A DNA stretch of 64,000 nt, from assembly GCA_963738155.1 (NCBI GenBank), contig CAVTVG010000007.1:249834-313833 (forward strand), given 5' to 3'. How positions within the stretch are numbered: the first letter of the stretch is position 1; the number at the start of each line of letters is the position of its first letter. The position numbers were made by a program, and so were the translations under genes. Origin of the DNA: an uncultured Alphaproteobacteria bacterium (lineage in GTDB: Bacteria; Pseudomonadota; Alphaproteobacteria; Rhizobiales; Xanthobacteraceae). The notes beneath the pieces were generated by a model. That model was given only the letters and a program-made list of their open reading frames with translations. It ran no database searches and was not told where the DNA came from. Shown piece by piece: positions 18,290 to 27,310 of this stretch.

Positions 18290-19327
18290 TCAGGCAGCCG
18301 CCGACTTGGCTGCGGTCGGGACCTCGGAGATCGTTTTCAGGATCTGCGAAGCGATCTGGTAGGGGTCGCCTTGCGAGTTCGGGCGGCGGTCTTCCAGGTA
18401 GCCCTTGTAGCCATTGTTCATGAAGCTGTGGGGTACACGAACGGAAGCCCCACGATCGGCCAGGCCATAGCTGAACTTGTTCCACGGCGCGGTCTCGTGC
18501 TTGCCGGTCAGGCGCTTGTCGTTGTCCGGCCCGTAGACGGCGATGTGGTCCATGAGGTTCTTCTCAAAGGCCGCCATCAGATTCTCGAAATACTCCTTGC
18601 CGCCGACTTCGCGCATGTACTTGGTCGAGAAGTTGGCGTGCATGCCCGAACCGTTCCAGTCGGTATCGCCGAGCGGCTTGCAATGGAACTCGATATCGAC
18701 GCCGTGCTTCTCGCACAGCCGGAGCATCAGATAGCGCGCCATCCACATCTGGTCGGCGGCGGTTTTGGAGCCCTTGCCGAAGATCTGGAATTCCCACTGG
18801 CCTTTCGCGACTTCGGCGTTGATGCCTTCGTGGTTGATGCCGGCCGCGAGGCAGAGATCGAGATGCTCTTCCACCAGCTTGCGGGCGACGTCGCCGACGT
18901 TCGAGTAACCCACGCCGGTGTAGTACGGACCCTGCGGCGCCGGATAACCCGACGTCGGGAAGCCGAGCGGACGGCCGTCCTTGAAGAAGAAATACTCCTG
19001 TTCGAAACCGAACCACGCGTCAGGATCGTCGAGGATGGTGGCGCGCTTGTTGGACGCATGCGGGGTCTTGCCGTCGGGCATCATGACTTCGCACATCACC
19101 AGCACGCCGTTAGTGCGCGCGGCGTCCGGAAACACCGCGACCGGCTTCAGCACGCAATCGGAACTATGGCCTTCGGCCTGCATGGTCGAGGAGCCGTCGA
19201 AGCCCCACAGCGGCAGCTGCTCCAGCGTCGGGAACGACGGGAATTCCTTGATCTGGGTTTTGCCGCGCAGGTTCGGGGTCGGCGTGTACCCGTCGAGCCA
19301 AATATACTCGAGCCTGTACTTCGTCAT
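18290..19327 (-). CDS. glnII: Glutamine synthetase II
   Basis: MTKYRLEYIWLDG, WGFDGSST, GINAEVAKGQWEFQ, DWNGSGMH, RLTGKHETA, YLEDRRPNS. True start at 19327. Confidence 0.97.
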   Translation of the reverse strand: MTKYRLEYIWLDGYTPTPNLRGKTQIKEFPSFPTLEQLPLWGFDGSSTMQAEGHSSDCVLKPVAVFPDAARTNGVLVMCEVMMPDGKTPHASNKRATILDDPDAWFGFEQEYFFFKDGRPLGFPTSGYPAPQGPYYTGVGYSNVGDVARKLVEEHLDLCLAAGINHEGINAEVAKGQWEFQIFGKGSKTAADQMWMARYLMLRLCEKHGVDIEFHCKPLGDTDWNGSGMHANFSTKYMREVGGKEYFENLMAAFEKNLMDHIAVYGPDNDKRLTGKHETAPWNKFSYGLADRGASVRVPHSFMNNGYKGYLEDRRPNSQGDPYQIASQILKTISEVPTAAKSAAA

Positions 19328-19420
19328 TGAGCCTCTCTGTTGATCGTTTTTGAAAGGGCGAACCGCAAAAATGCGGATCACCCCTGTAGTTACCCGGCCA
19401 AAATCAGCCGCCCATTGCGA

Positions 19421-19437
19421 AGCATTTAGCGTGCCAA
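19421..19437 (-). promoter_or_regulatory. Sigma-54 (-24/-12) promoter of glnII
   Basis: Minus strand TTGGCACGCTAAATGCT (GG-N10-GC) about 95 bp upstream of the start; rhizobial glnII is known to be RpoN/NtrC dependent. Confidence 0.85.
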
Positions 19438-19878
19438 ATCGCCGCAGTGCGGGACGATTTGCACAGGCTCGCGACACGTGGGACCGCCGAACGACCCACC
19501 TATTTCGGCTGCGACAAACCAGCGCACCCTCTCGCGGGCGATGGCAGGGAAATGACAGCGCTATTGTCGGAATATCGCTCCCTTTCGCGCCAGCCGACAA
19601 TTGCAGCGGCTCATCCGCCCAAAGCCGCGCCAGCCCTACATCGGTCTGTCCGGAACCCCGGACAGTGAGCCGCAACCTTGCGGCCCGCCCACGCGTTGAC
19701 CAGCCAGGAGTTGCCTCACCGAAGGCAATGCCACGTATGCCTATGAAATAGACAGCGAATGACGTTCCTTTGATCAATTTGCATTGGCACGAGCACGACC
19801 GATATCGGTTTTCGTAACGACTAGAGAACGAGTTGGGCGCAGCATGAAGCAAAGCGCGTCGGCATCAGGAGAAGATCG

Positions 19879-20076
19879 ATGAGTGCAAATCTGGATCAAG
19901 GATCCGCCAGGATCTATCAATTCCCGGCCGGGGGCCGCGCGGCTCTCGGCGGCCGAAGCTACGGCGAGACCAAATCCGTGGCTGAGAGGCCCCGGGTCAA
20001 CGAAGCGATGTGCAGCGGCAGCTGGTACCACGAGGAAGCCATCCGCGACTCCCAGCCCAAGCCGTGGGAGCGCTGA
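19879..20076 (+). CDS. DUF2735-type small protein
   Basis: SARIYQFPAGGR...SGSWYHEEAI; RBS AGGAG. Confidence 0.75.
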   Translation: MSANLDQGSARIYQFPAGGRAALGGRSYGETKSVAERPRVNEAMCSGSWYHEEAIRDSQPKPWER

Positions 20077-20182
20077 TGCCAAGCCTCCATAGGCAGACAC
20101 ATCGCGCTCGGCAGACAGCCGGGACCACGAACTGAGAAAAGGTCGAAACGAAATCGTTTCGGCCTTTTTTGATTCCTTCATC

Positions 20183-20497
20183 TCAAATCGCGTTGCAGGC
20201 CGTGATCGGCTTTTTGGCGTGCTTCACCGTGATAGTGCCGGCCTTGTCGATCCTCAACGTCACGCCGTGGCCGGCATAGCGCGTTCCCGAGAGTGACAAT
20301 CGCTTGAGCAGGGTGACCTCGCCGCCGTCGATCTGCAGATGCGCGCGCCTGTCATAGGGGAAAAAGCCGACGATGAAATTGGTGCCGTCGGCGCAATGAT
20401 AGCTCTGGACCGTGGTGCCCTGCGCGAAAACCGGCGGCGGACCGGCTAGGGTTCCAGCAATCGCTGTCCCCAGAACAATCATTCGATAGTATTGCAT
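20183..20497 (-). CDS. MliC-like (lysozyme-inhibitor fold) secreted protein
   Basis: Signal peptide; YHCADG...LSLSGTRYAG...C. Confidence 0.7.
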   Translation of the reverse strand: MQYYRMIVLGTAIAGTLAGPPPVFAQGTTVQSYHCADGTNFIVGFFPYDRRAHLQIDGGEVTLLKRLSLSGTRYAGHGVTLRIDKAGTITVKHAKKPITACNAI

Positions 20498-20610
20498 GCG
20501 GCTTTGCCCCTTGGAACCCACAGTATAAATCACAGGGTCGGCGCGGACAGTGCCGCGATACCTCAATCAACGCCATTTCTATGCCGCACGGCTTGGCTTA
20601 AACTCCCGAC

Positions 20611-21354
20611 ATGCAAGACACCCCCATCCGACACTTCAATCTCCAGGGTGCGAGCAATTTCCGCGACCTCGGCGGCTATGCGGCTGCCGACGGCCACAGC
20701 GTCCGCTGGCGGCAGATCTTCCGCTCCAATCATCTGGGCCACCTGACCGAGACTGATGTCGGCGTCGTGCGCGAACTCGGCGTCAAGCATGCCTTCGATT
20801 TTCGCGGCAGCGATGAACGCAGGGCGGCCGTTTGCGCGGTCAAGGAAATCGCGGTGCACTCGCTGCCGATCGAGCCGACCGTGGTCGCCACGCTGCGGGC
20901 GCGGCTACAGGCGCGCGCACTATCGTCGGCGGACGCGCTCGATATCATGCGCGAGTCCTATCGCGGCTATGTCCGGCTCAACACCCACAGTTTCCGCGAA
21001 TTGTTCGCCCATCTGGTCAATGACGAGGTGCCGGTCGTGATTCACTGCACCGCGGGCAAGGACCGCACCGGCTTTGCCTGCGCGCTGATCCTGCATGCGC
21101 TCGGTGTGCCCGAGAAGACAATCTCGGAAGATTATCTCCTGACCAACCGCTTCTACCGCCGCGATCCGGCCTCCGCCCCGGATCTGCCTGATGAGGTCCG
21201 GCAGGCGATCGGCTCGGTGAACGCGTCGTTCCTGGCCGCAGGCTTCGAGACCATCAGCGAACGCTACGGCGATCTCGAAGGCTATTTCAGGGATGGCCTC
21301 GGGTTGGGTGCGCGGGAGCGCTCGGAATTGAAGAAGCGCTACCTGCAGTCCTGA
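20611..21354 (+). CDS. Protein tyrosine phosphatase-like protein (Y_phosphatase3)
   Basis: NFRDLGG, HCTAGKDRTG P-loop, DYLLTN. Confidence 0.92.
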   Translation: MQDTPIRHFNLQGASNFRDLGGYAAADGHSVRWRQIFRSNHLGHLTETDVGVVRELGVKHAFDFRGSDERRAAVCAVKEIAVHSLPIEPTVVATLRARLQARALSSADALDIMRESYRGYVRLNTHSFRELFAHLVNDEVPVVIHCTAGKDRTGFACALILHALGVPEKTISEDYLLTNRFYRRDPASAPDLPDEVRQAIGSVNASFLAAGFETISERYGDLEGYFRDGLGLGARERSELKKRYLQS

Positions 21355-21370
21355 GGGCGAAATCGATGGG

Positions 21371-21577
21371 TCAGGCCGCCGCGTCCATCTCGGCTTCAGC
21401 ATCGAGGTCGGCGATTACCTCCTCGAAGGCAGAGATCGCCTGCTGAACGGCCGCGATTTGCATCAACTCCCAGCTATTGATCGGCCCGTTGCGATTTTGC
21501 AGGGCGACGACGAGATCGCGGCGCTGCTCCTTCAGCGCAATCAACGGCAGGCCGTGATCCGGCAAATACTTCATCAT
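21371..21577 (-). CDS. Small hypothetical protein
   Basis: 68-aa helical ORF with RBS-like GGGGA upstream. Confidence 0.6.
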   Translation of the reverse strand: MMKYLPDHGLPLIALKEQRRDLVVALQNRNGPINSWELMQIAAVQQAISAFEEVIADLDAEAEMDAAA

Positions 21578-21654
21578 GGAATAAGTCCCCGTTCTGGTCG
21601 GGGTGCACCATAGCGGGTCAACTCTGCCATCGGCTTACAAAGAAGCGGAAAATT

Positions 21655-22398
21655 TTAAGAACCGTGCGAAATGGACGAGTCCATCTTCGTAAACAGATCC
21701 TTGATAGCGCCAAACAGGGCTTTCGACACCTGCATCATGCTCCAGTCGTTTTGATGGAGCTGGTCCGGATCGATTGGGTCGACCATGTCGGCCAGCTGGA
21801 CATTGTTGTGGATGTGCCAATGCCGCATCAACGCCCAGCGCCGGAACAGGTTGATCTCGAACTTTTCGCCGGCGGCCGCGATCAAGGACATCATCTGCTC
21901 CGATGCATCAGCCTTGTCGTCTTTCAACATCGCGGTGCTGTACTGTGAATCCATCAGCATGACATCGAAATCCTGCCCGCTCAGTTGGCCCAGTCCTTTG
22001 TCGATCTCTTCGGCCACATCCTTGATAATGTAGTTGTGGAAGACGGCATTGGTGCCGACCTGCCATATCACCAGCGCGGGCTTCAGATCGAAGATGTCTG
22101 TCTGGAACCGCTTGCGCTCCTCTGGCGCTTCCTGACCGCCATGCCCCCGGTTGAGGACGTCGAGCCGCATGTCGGGAAATCGGGCCTGGTACTCCCATCG
22201 CAGATACATTTCGAGTCGAGCCGGGTAAGGCACCACGTCGTCACCTCTGCCCGCGGTCGACGACGAACCCATCGCCACGACGCGGACGGGCCCATTGGCA
22301 CGAAGCGCTTTGAAAAAATTCGGAAGTCCGTATTTGAAGGCAACAATGCTCGGGGGAAAATCGACTGCGGGCGGAGCGTCGCTCATGTCGTACACCAT
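21655..22398 (-). CDS. SGNH/GDSL hydrolase
   Basis: GSSSTAG (block I), NRGHGG, QVGTN, DQLH; appears lower in GC than its flanks; start uncertain. Confidence 0.82.
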   Translation of the reverse strand: MVYDMSDAPPAVDFPPSIVAFKYGLPNFFKALRANGPVRVVAMGSSSTAGRGDDVVPYPARLEMYLRWEYQARFPDMRLDVLNRGHGGQEAPEERKRFQTDIFDLKPALVIWQVGTNAVFHNYIIKDVAEEIDKGLGQLSGQDFDVMLMDSQYSTAMLKDDKADASEQMMSLIAAAGEKFEINLFRRWALMRHWHIHNNVQLADMVDPIDPDQLHQNDWSMMQVSKALFGAIKDLFTKMDSSISHGS

Positions 22399-22499
22399 CT
22401 GACGTTGTGCGCCCATTCCGCCGCGAAACTCGGCGCCATTGCAAGTCATTTTCGTATGGATAGTCTGCGTCTCGTGCTGCAGTCGCGGAGGTGCCTCAC

Positions 22500-23180
22500 A
22501 TGAACGGGAAAGTGATCGTCATCACCGGCGCGCTCGGCGCGCTCGGCCGGGTGGTCGTGGAATCGGCGATCACGCGCGGCGCGCGCGTGGCGGGCATCGA
22601 TCATGCGGCCTCGCACGCGGCCGCCACGGCTGAGCGGATCGAGCTCGGCGGAGTGGACCTGTCCGACAGCGGCCAGGCCAAAAAGGCCATCGATGCGGCC
22701 GCGGCGCATTTCGGCAGGCTCGATGCGCTGGTGAATATTGCCGGCGGCTTCACCTACGAGATGGTGGCCGACGGCGACGTCAAGAGTTGGCAGCGCATGC
22801 ATGCGCTCAATCTTCTGACCGCGCTCAACGCCTCGCATGCCGCGATCCCGCATCTTGCCAGGTCGCAAGCGGCACGCATCGTCAATATCGGCGCGATGGG
22901 CGCGCTGCAGGCGGGCGCCGGCATGGGTCCCTACGCGGCCTCGAAAGCGGGCGTGCACCGCCTCACCGAGGCGCTCGCCGCCGAGCACAAGGGCAAGATC
23001 ACGGTCAATGCGGTTTTGCCCTCGACCATCGACACCGCGGCCAACCGCGCCGATATGCCCAATTCCGATTTCTCGAAATGGGTGAGGCCGCAGGAGCTCG
23101 CCGAGGTGATCCTGTTTTTGGTCAGCGACGCCGCGAGCGCCGTGACGGGAGCGCTGATCCCGGTCGCCGGACGGGTTTAG
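22500..23180 (+). CDS. SDR family oxidoreductase
   Basis: TGALGALG, YAASK, VNAVLPSTIDT. Confidence 0.92.
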   Translation: MNGKVIVITGALGALGRVVVESAITRGARVAGIDHAASHAAATAERIELGGVDLSDSGQAKKAIDAAAAHFGRLDALVNIAGGFTYEMVADGDVKSWQRMHALNLLTALNASHAAIPHLARSQAARIVNIGAMGALQAGAGMGPYAASKAGVHRLTEALAAEHKGKITVNAVLPSTIDTAANRADMPNSDFSKWVRPQELAEVILFLVSDAASAVTGALIPVAGRV

Positions 23181-23189
23181 GTTCGGCCC

Positions 23190-24002
23190 GTGAATATCCC
23201 GAACCAGTACGTCAGACAGGACGCCTTCACCGATCCGGGCGCCTCCGTGGATCTCTACTGCAACCTTTCGTCTCCTGCGGAACTAAGGGATATCGTCTCG
23301 CGCTTGATCGTTCACGTGGCCCGCGCCGCCGAATACGGGGTCACTCCCGACGTTCCAATGTCACGCGAGACGCTTCCAGCGAGCGTGCGCCTCAAACTGA
23401 TCGGCTCGCTGGGAGGTGATCGCAAGGAACGGCATTCCTTCGGGACCTGCCGCGACTATGCGCTCATGCTCACCAGCATGCTGCGGCACCGATCGATCCC
23501 CGCCCGGATTCGCTGCGGATTCGCTACATATTTCGCACCTGGGCCGTTCGAGGACCATTGGATCTGCGAATATTGGTCGGCAAACGACAATCGCTGGGTT
23601 CGTGTCGATGCTCAGCTCGACCAGCTCCATCGCGAACAACTCGAAATCCTCTTCGATCCCGCGGACTTGCCGGCCGGCGTTTTCCTGACCGCGGGACAAG
23701 CCTGGCAATGGGCGCGGAACGGTCGGGTGGATGGCGCGGCGTTCGGGCAAGGCAACGCCAGAGGACTTTGGTTCCTCCGCGTCAATGTTTACCGGGACCT
23801 GCTTGCTTTGACGAACCAATATACATCCGCTTGGGACACGTGGCGAAGCGTCACGGACGATAGCAAGGTCCTTGCCGCCGCAGCGCTTGCCGCCGCCGAT
23901 GCCGTGGCGACGATGATCGGGAATTTCGAGGCGGGAACGGCACCTCTTGCTGCGCTCACGGAGATCGCGGCAAGACATCGGCTCTCACCCTGGCAAAGCT
24001 GA
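23190..24002 (+). CDS. Transglutaminase-like domain protein
   Basis: GTCRD (Cys), PARIRCGFATY, EDHWICEYW (His), VRVDAQ (Asp). Confidence 0.85.
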   Translation: MNIPNQYVRQDAFTDPGASVDLYCNLSSPAELRDIVSRLIVHVARAAEYGVTPDVPMSRETLPASVRLKLIGSLGGDRKERHSFGTCRDYALMLTSMLRHRSIPARIRCGFATYFAPGPFEDHWICEYWSANDNRWVRVDAQLDQLHREQLEILFDPADLPAGVFLTAGQAWQWARNGRVDGAAFGQGNARGLWFLRVNVYRDLLALTNQYTSAWDTWRSVTDDSKVLAAAALAAADAVATMIGNFEAGTAPLAALTEIAARHRLSPWQS

Positions 24003-24007
24003 CTGGA

Positions 24008-24730
24008 TCAGGCTTCGATCAGTTTCTTGAGAACCGCCTTGAAACGGATGCTGCGCTTGCCGGCGAGCGCCGTGGCTTCGCCTTCGGCTCCCTCACGGTT
24101 ATAGGTGCCGGAAAAACCGATCCCGACCTCATGCCCGCCGAACAGCGGGCGCTCGCCGCGGCTTGGGGTGTGCTCGCGGTTGACGATCTCGCCCTTCCAT
24201 TTGCCGTTCTCGGCACTGTAGGCGCCGAGATAGTCGAAATAGGCGTCGCCGCCGCGGATACGGCCATCCTGCAGCATCATGACGCCGGTGGCGCCGCCGT
24301 CGATGCCGTCGAGCATGCGGATGTGAATGGAATAGAGCCCGTTGCGGATGCCGTTGGCGCCGACGCGGCCGGCCGGCGGCGCGTCGGTATCGTTGATCGG
24401 CGTCAGCACGCTCTCGAAGACGACACCGGGCAATGCCGCGGTGCCGCCTTCCGAGTGCAGTTCATCGCCCTTCCAGTGGCTGCGGAAGGTCATGACGACA
24501 TTGTCGACGGGATACAGCGGCGCATAGGCGGGATCGTGGTTGTGGCGGGACATCATCATCTCGGAGACGATCTCCTCGCCCTCCACCGTGTAGCTGCCGA
24601 TGAAGGACGAGCCGGAATTGCCGCCATAGAGCTTGCCGTCCTCGGTCGCGAACATGACGCCGCAGCCGGTGCCGCGCGCCGTCTTGAATGCGAATTTGTA
24701 AAGACCTTTCAGCAACACGCCGCTGTCCAC
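24008..24730 (-). CDS. Tandem GrlR-like domain protein, paralogue 2
   Basis: Same two-domain pattern as 17436-18140; C-domain strongly similar (NGLYSIH...FGGHEVGIGFSGT...ATALAGKRS). Confidence 0.7.
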   Translation of the reverse strand: MDSGVLLKGLYKFAFKTARGTGCGVMFATEDGKLYGGNSGSSFIGSYTVEGEEIVSEMMMSRHNHDPAYAPLYPVDNVVMTFRSHWKGDELHSEGGTAALPGVVFESVLTPINDTDAPPAGRVGANGIRNGLYSIHIRMLDGIDGGATGVMMLQDGRIRGGDAYFDYLGAYSAENGKWKGEIVNREHTPSRGERPLFGGHEVGIGFSGTYNREGAEGEATALAGKRSIRFKAVLKKLIEA

Positions 24731-24907
24731 CCCTGAAAAGCACGACGCACCCGCCGGATCGCCTCCGGCGGGTTTCTCCTCGCAATGACTTTTGCCTTTG
24801 TCCCGGCGGGAAGATTACGCCCCGGGCTGGGCTCGATCAAACGCTTTGACCGAATTCAGCTAGACTCCGGACATTGAGTCGCGGCCTTGCCGCAAAGGGG
24901 CTTCAAC

Positions 24908-25597
24908 TTGGAAACCGCGCTTTACCTGCCCGTCAAACGTTTCCTGGAAAAGCTCGGTTTTGCCGTCAAGGGCGAGATCGGCGGCTGCGACTTGGTCGCG
25001 CTGTCCGGCGGCGACCCGCCCGTGGTCGTGATCGGCGAACTGAAGCTGTCGTTCAACCTCGAACTGGTGCTGCAGGCGGTCGATCGCGCTGCTGCGGCCG
25101 ACGAAGTCTGGCTCGCCGCCAAAATGTCGGCGCAGGGCAAGGGCCGCGAGAGCGATGCGCGTTACCGCAATCTCTGCCGCCGGCTCGGCTTCGGCATGCT
25201 CGGAGTCACAAGCCGCGGCGAGGTCGAGGTGCTGGTCAAGCCGCCGACCACGGCGCCGCGGCGTAATCCCAAAAAACGCTCGCGGCTGGTCACCGAGCAC
25301 CAGCGGCGCATCGGGGATCCCGCGATGGGCGGCTCGACACGGGCGCCGATCATGACGGCCTACCGGCAGCAGGCGCTCGCCTGCGCCTCCGCGCTGTCAG
25401 CTGGACCGCAACGCGTAAAGGATCTGCGCAAGAACACCCCAGACGCCGGCAAGATCCTGCTGCACAATGTCTATGGCTGGTTCGATCGCGCCGAACGCGG
25501 TGTCTACATACTGACCGATGCGGGGCGCGCGGCGCTCAAGCGGTGGCCACAGCACGTCGTGGAAGTGGCGGGCGCGCCGGAAGCGGCTTCCGGCTAA
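24908..25597 (+). CDS. DUF2161 family putative PD-(D/E)XK protein
   Basis: ETALYLPVKRFLE..GF.VKGEIGGCD, GELKLSFNL, IMTAYRQQAL, NVYGWFDR.ERG.Y; TTG start. Confidence 0.85.
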   Translation: METALYLPVKRFLEKLGFAVKGEIGGCDLVALSGGDPPVVVIGELKLSFNLELVLQAVDRAAAADEVWLAAKMSAQGKGRESDARYRNLCRRLGFGMLGVTSRGEVEVLVKPPTTAPRRNPKKRSRLVTEHQRRIGDPAMGGSTRAPIMTAYRQQALACASALSAGPQRVKDLRKNTPDAGKILLHNVYGWFDRAERGVYILTDAGRAALKRWPQHVVEVAGAPEAASG

Positions 25598-25614
25598 AGC
25601 TGAGGGGAACGAGC

Positions 25615-25914
25615 ATGATCGTTGTGACCGGTAGCGTAACCACGCGGCACGACTCGTTCGAAGAGGCGCGCCGGCTTAGCCTCGAGCATGTGCAGCGCTC
25701 GCGCACCGAGCCCGGATGCATCTCCCATTCCGTGCATGTCGATTGCGAGAACCCGCTGCGGCTCGTCTTTATCGAGCAATGGGCCGATCGCGCCGCGCTG
25801 GGAGTGCATTTCGCGGTGCCTGCATCGCGCAACTTCGTCCGCGCGCTCGGGGCGCTCGCGGCCGGGGCACCAACGATCGAGATTTACGACGCAACAAGGC
25901 TCGAAAAGCTTTGA
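25615..25914 (+). CDS. Antibiotic biosynthesis monooxygenase (ABM) family protein
   Basis: SRTEPGCISH...FIEQWAD..AL..HF. Confidence 0.85.
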   Translation: MIVVTGSVTTRHDSFEEARRLSLEHVQRSRTEPGCISHSVHVDCENPLRLVFIEQWADRAALGVHFAVPASRNFVRALGALAAGAPTIEIYDATRLEKL

Positions 25915-26010
25915 AAATTCGCTGGTGCATAGCTGGATTGCCACACCAAATTCATATTGCAATGCAACATCACACTCCCTAGGTATCCCGGATCAGAAGC
26001 GAGGCCTCCG

Positions 26011-26313
26011 ATGAGCCAGGACTGGAATACCAAGTATGGACCGCGGCGCGTGCGGCGTGACCCGCCGACGCTGGAGGAGGCCATTTTTGCCGCTGTCGGC
26101 ATCACCGACGATCAGGAGCAGCAGGCCGAGATCGCATCCGCGCTGATGGGACTGCCCTATGACGAGGTTCTCGTCGAAGTGAAGAAGCAGGGCCGCGCCT
26201 TGGCGCGCACCGCGACCCGCGTGATCGCCGGCGAACAGGGCGCACAGCGCTCTGTCGTGGTCGAGCGACGCGTCGTCAGGCGCTTCGGCAACGACAAGCG
26301 CACCGGCACCTGA
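26011..26313 (+). CDS. Conserved hypothetical protein
   Basis: WNTKYGPRRVRRDPPTLEEAIFAA..ITDD; RBS GAGG. Confidence 0.7.
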   Translation: MSQDWNTKYGPRRVRRDPPTLEEAIFAAVGITDDQEQQAEIASALMGLPYDEVLVEVKKQGRALARTATRVIAGEQGAQRSVVVERRVVRRFGNDKRTGT

Positions 26314-26383
26314 GCGTTTCCGCGCATTTTTTTGTAAATCGGCTCCACGAGCTAGCGGCGGTCGCAGCGAACCGCGGCGCGTT

Positions 26384-27007
26384 TCAGGCCGCGCGCCCGC
26401 CTCCGACCATTTTCGCAACCAGTTTCCACCAGCTACGATTGAAATTCACCACCGCGCGTGCCGCGTCGAGCGGCGCGTCGATCGCGAGCTTTGCAAGTTC
26501 TGCCTGCGGCGCTTGACCGACTTCGATCGTGCCGGTCGACTCGCCGTGGCTGAACACGAGGCGCGCACCGAATTTGCTGGCAAGTGCCCGCATGGCCTTG
26601 TTGCCGGCGCCGGTCGTGACCCGCAACCGGCGATAGCCCTTCCAACGCGCTTCCGACAGCAATCGCTTGAACAGAATGCTGCCGACACCTTGCCGGCGCA
26701 CGCAAGCCTCCACGCTGAAGGCGATCTCCGGCACGCCGTCGTCGGACTGCCCCGGCGGATGCAGCTCAGCTGCACCGCGCACGATGCCGTTTTCCATATA
26801 GGCGATGATAACAGTGCCATCGTCCGCGCATCTGGCGGCATAGCGCTCGACGAATTCGTCTTCCAGGTAGCCGTTGAAGCGGTCGTGGCGGCTTTCGCCG
26901 TCGAGCCGCAGCAGGTGATCGCGCAACAGCGGCAGCTCTTCCTGCTGGCTCAGGGTCCGCACATAGCCAAAGCCCGGCCGCGCGCGGTGCATGGTGTCGT
27001 CTGACAT
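26384..27007 (-). CDS. GNAT family N-acetyltransferase
   Basis: EIAFSVEACVRRQGVGSILF (RxxGxG) and NKAMRALASKFG. Confidence 0.85.
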   Translation of the reverse strand: MSDDTMHRARPGFGYVRTLSQQEELPLLRDHLLRLDGESRHDRFNGYLEDEFVERYAARCADDGTVIIAYMENGIVRGAAELHPPGQSDDGVPEIAFSVEACVRRQGVGSILFKRLLSEARWKGYRRLRVTTGAGNKAMRALASKFGARLVFSHGESTGTIEVGQAPQAELAKLAIDAPLDAARAVVNFNRSWWKLVAKMVGGGRAA

Positions 27008-27066
27008 CGCAAAACTCCTCTCAGTGTCCCTCGAGGAGGCGTCGAATCCCTAGCACCCTGATATTG

Positions 27067-27078
27067 TGCATTGCAGCA
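27067..27078. promoter_or_regulatory. Putative PhaR-type operator upstream of the GNAT gene
   Basis: TGCATTGCAGCA (TGC-N3-GCA) in AT-rich context; consensus recalled from bradyrhizobial phasin promoters. Confidence 0.45.
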
Positions 27079-27147
27079 CAAATTTCAAGAGTGCTTTAGG
27101 ATTGAAATATCGATGGAATTCGTAAACGGCCGTTAACGAATGCGGTC

Positions 27148-27310
27148 CTAGTGGAGCGGATTTGACGTTCGCTACCCACCACGAGCACTCGTAAGCGAAC
27201 GTCAAATCCAAAGCTCCACTAGAATCAATATTTTCTAGTCGTCCTTTGATTCCAACATTCGCAAGCGTGCCCGCTGCAACGGGGTGCGAATGTTGGAATC
27301 AGACCGCTAG
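27148..27310. repeat. CTAG-bounded double-hairpin element, subfamily II, full copy
   Basis: Hairpin 27148-27222 (perfect 26 bp plus AAA bulge, 20-nt loop), linker AATCAATATTTT, hairpin 27235-27310 (21-nt loop). Confidence 0.92.

Noticed and set aside
19328-19852. 175-aa N-terminal extension of GlnII in the ORF track
   Set aside because: The family N-terminus (MTKYRLEY), an RBS (AGAGAGG) and a sigma-54 promoter inside the extension all place the start at 19327.
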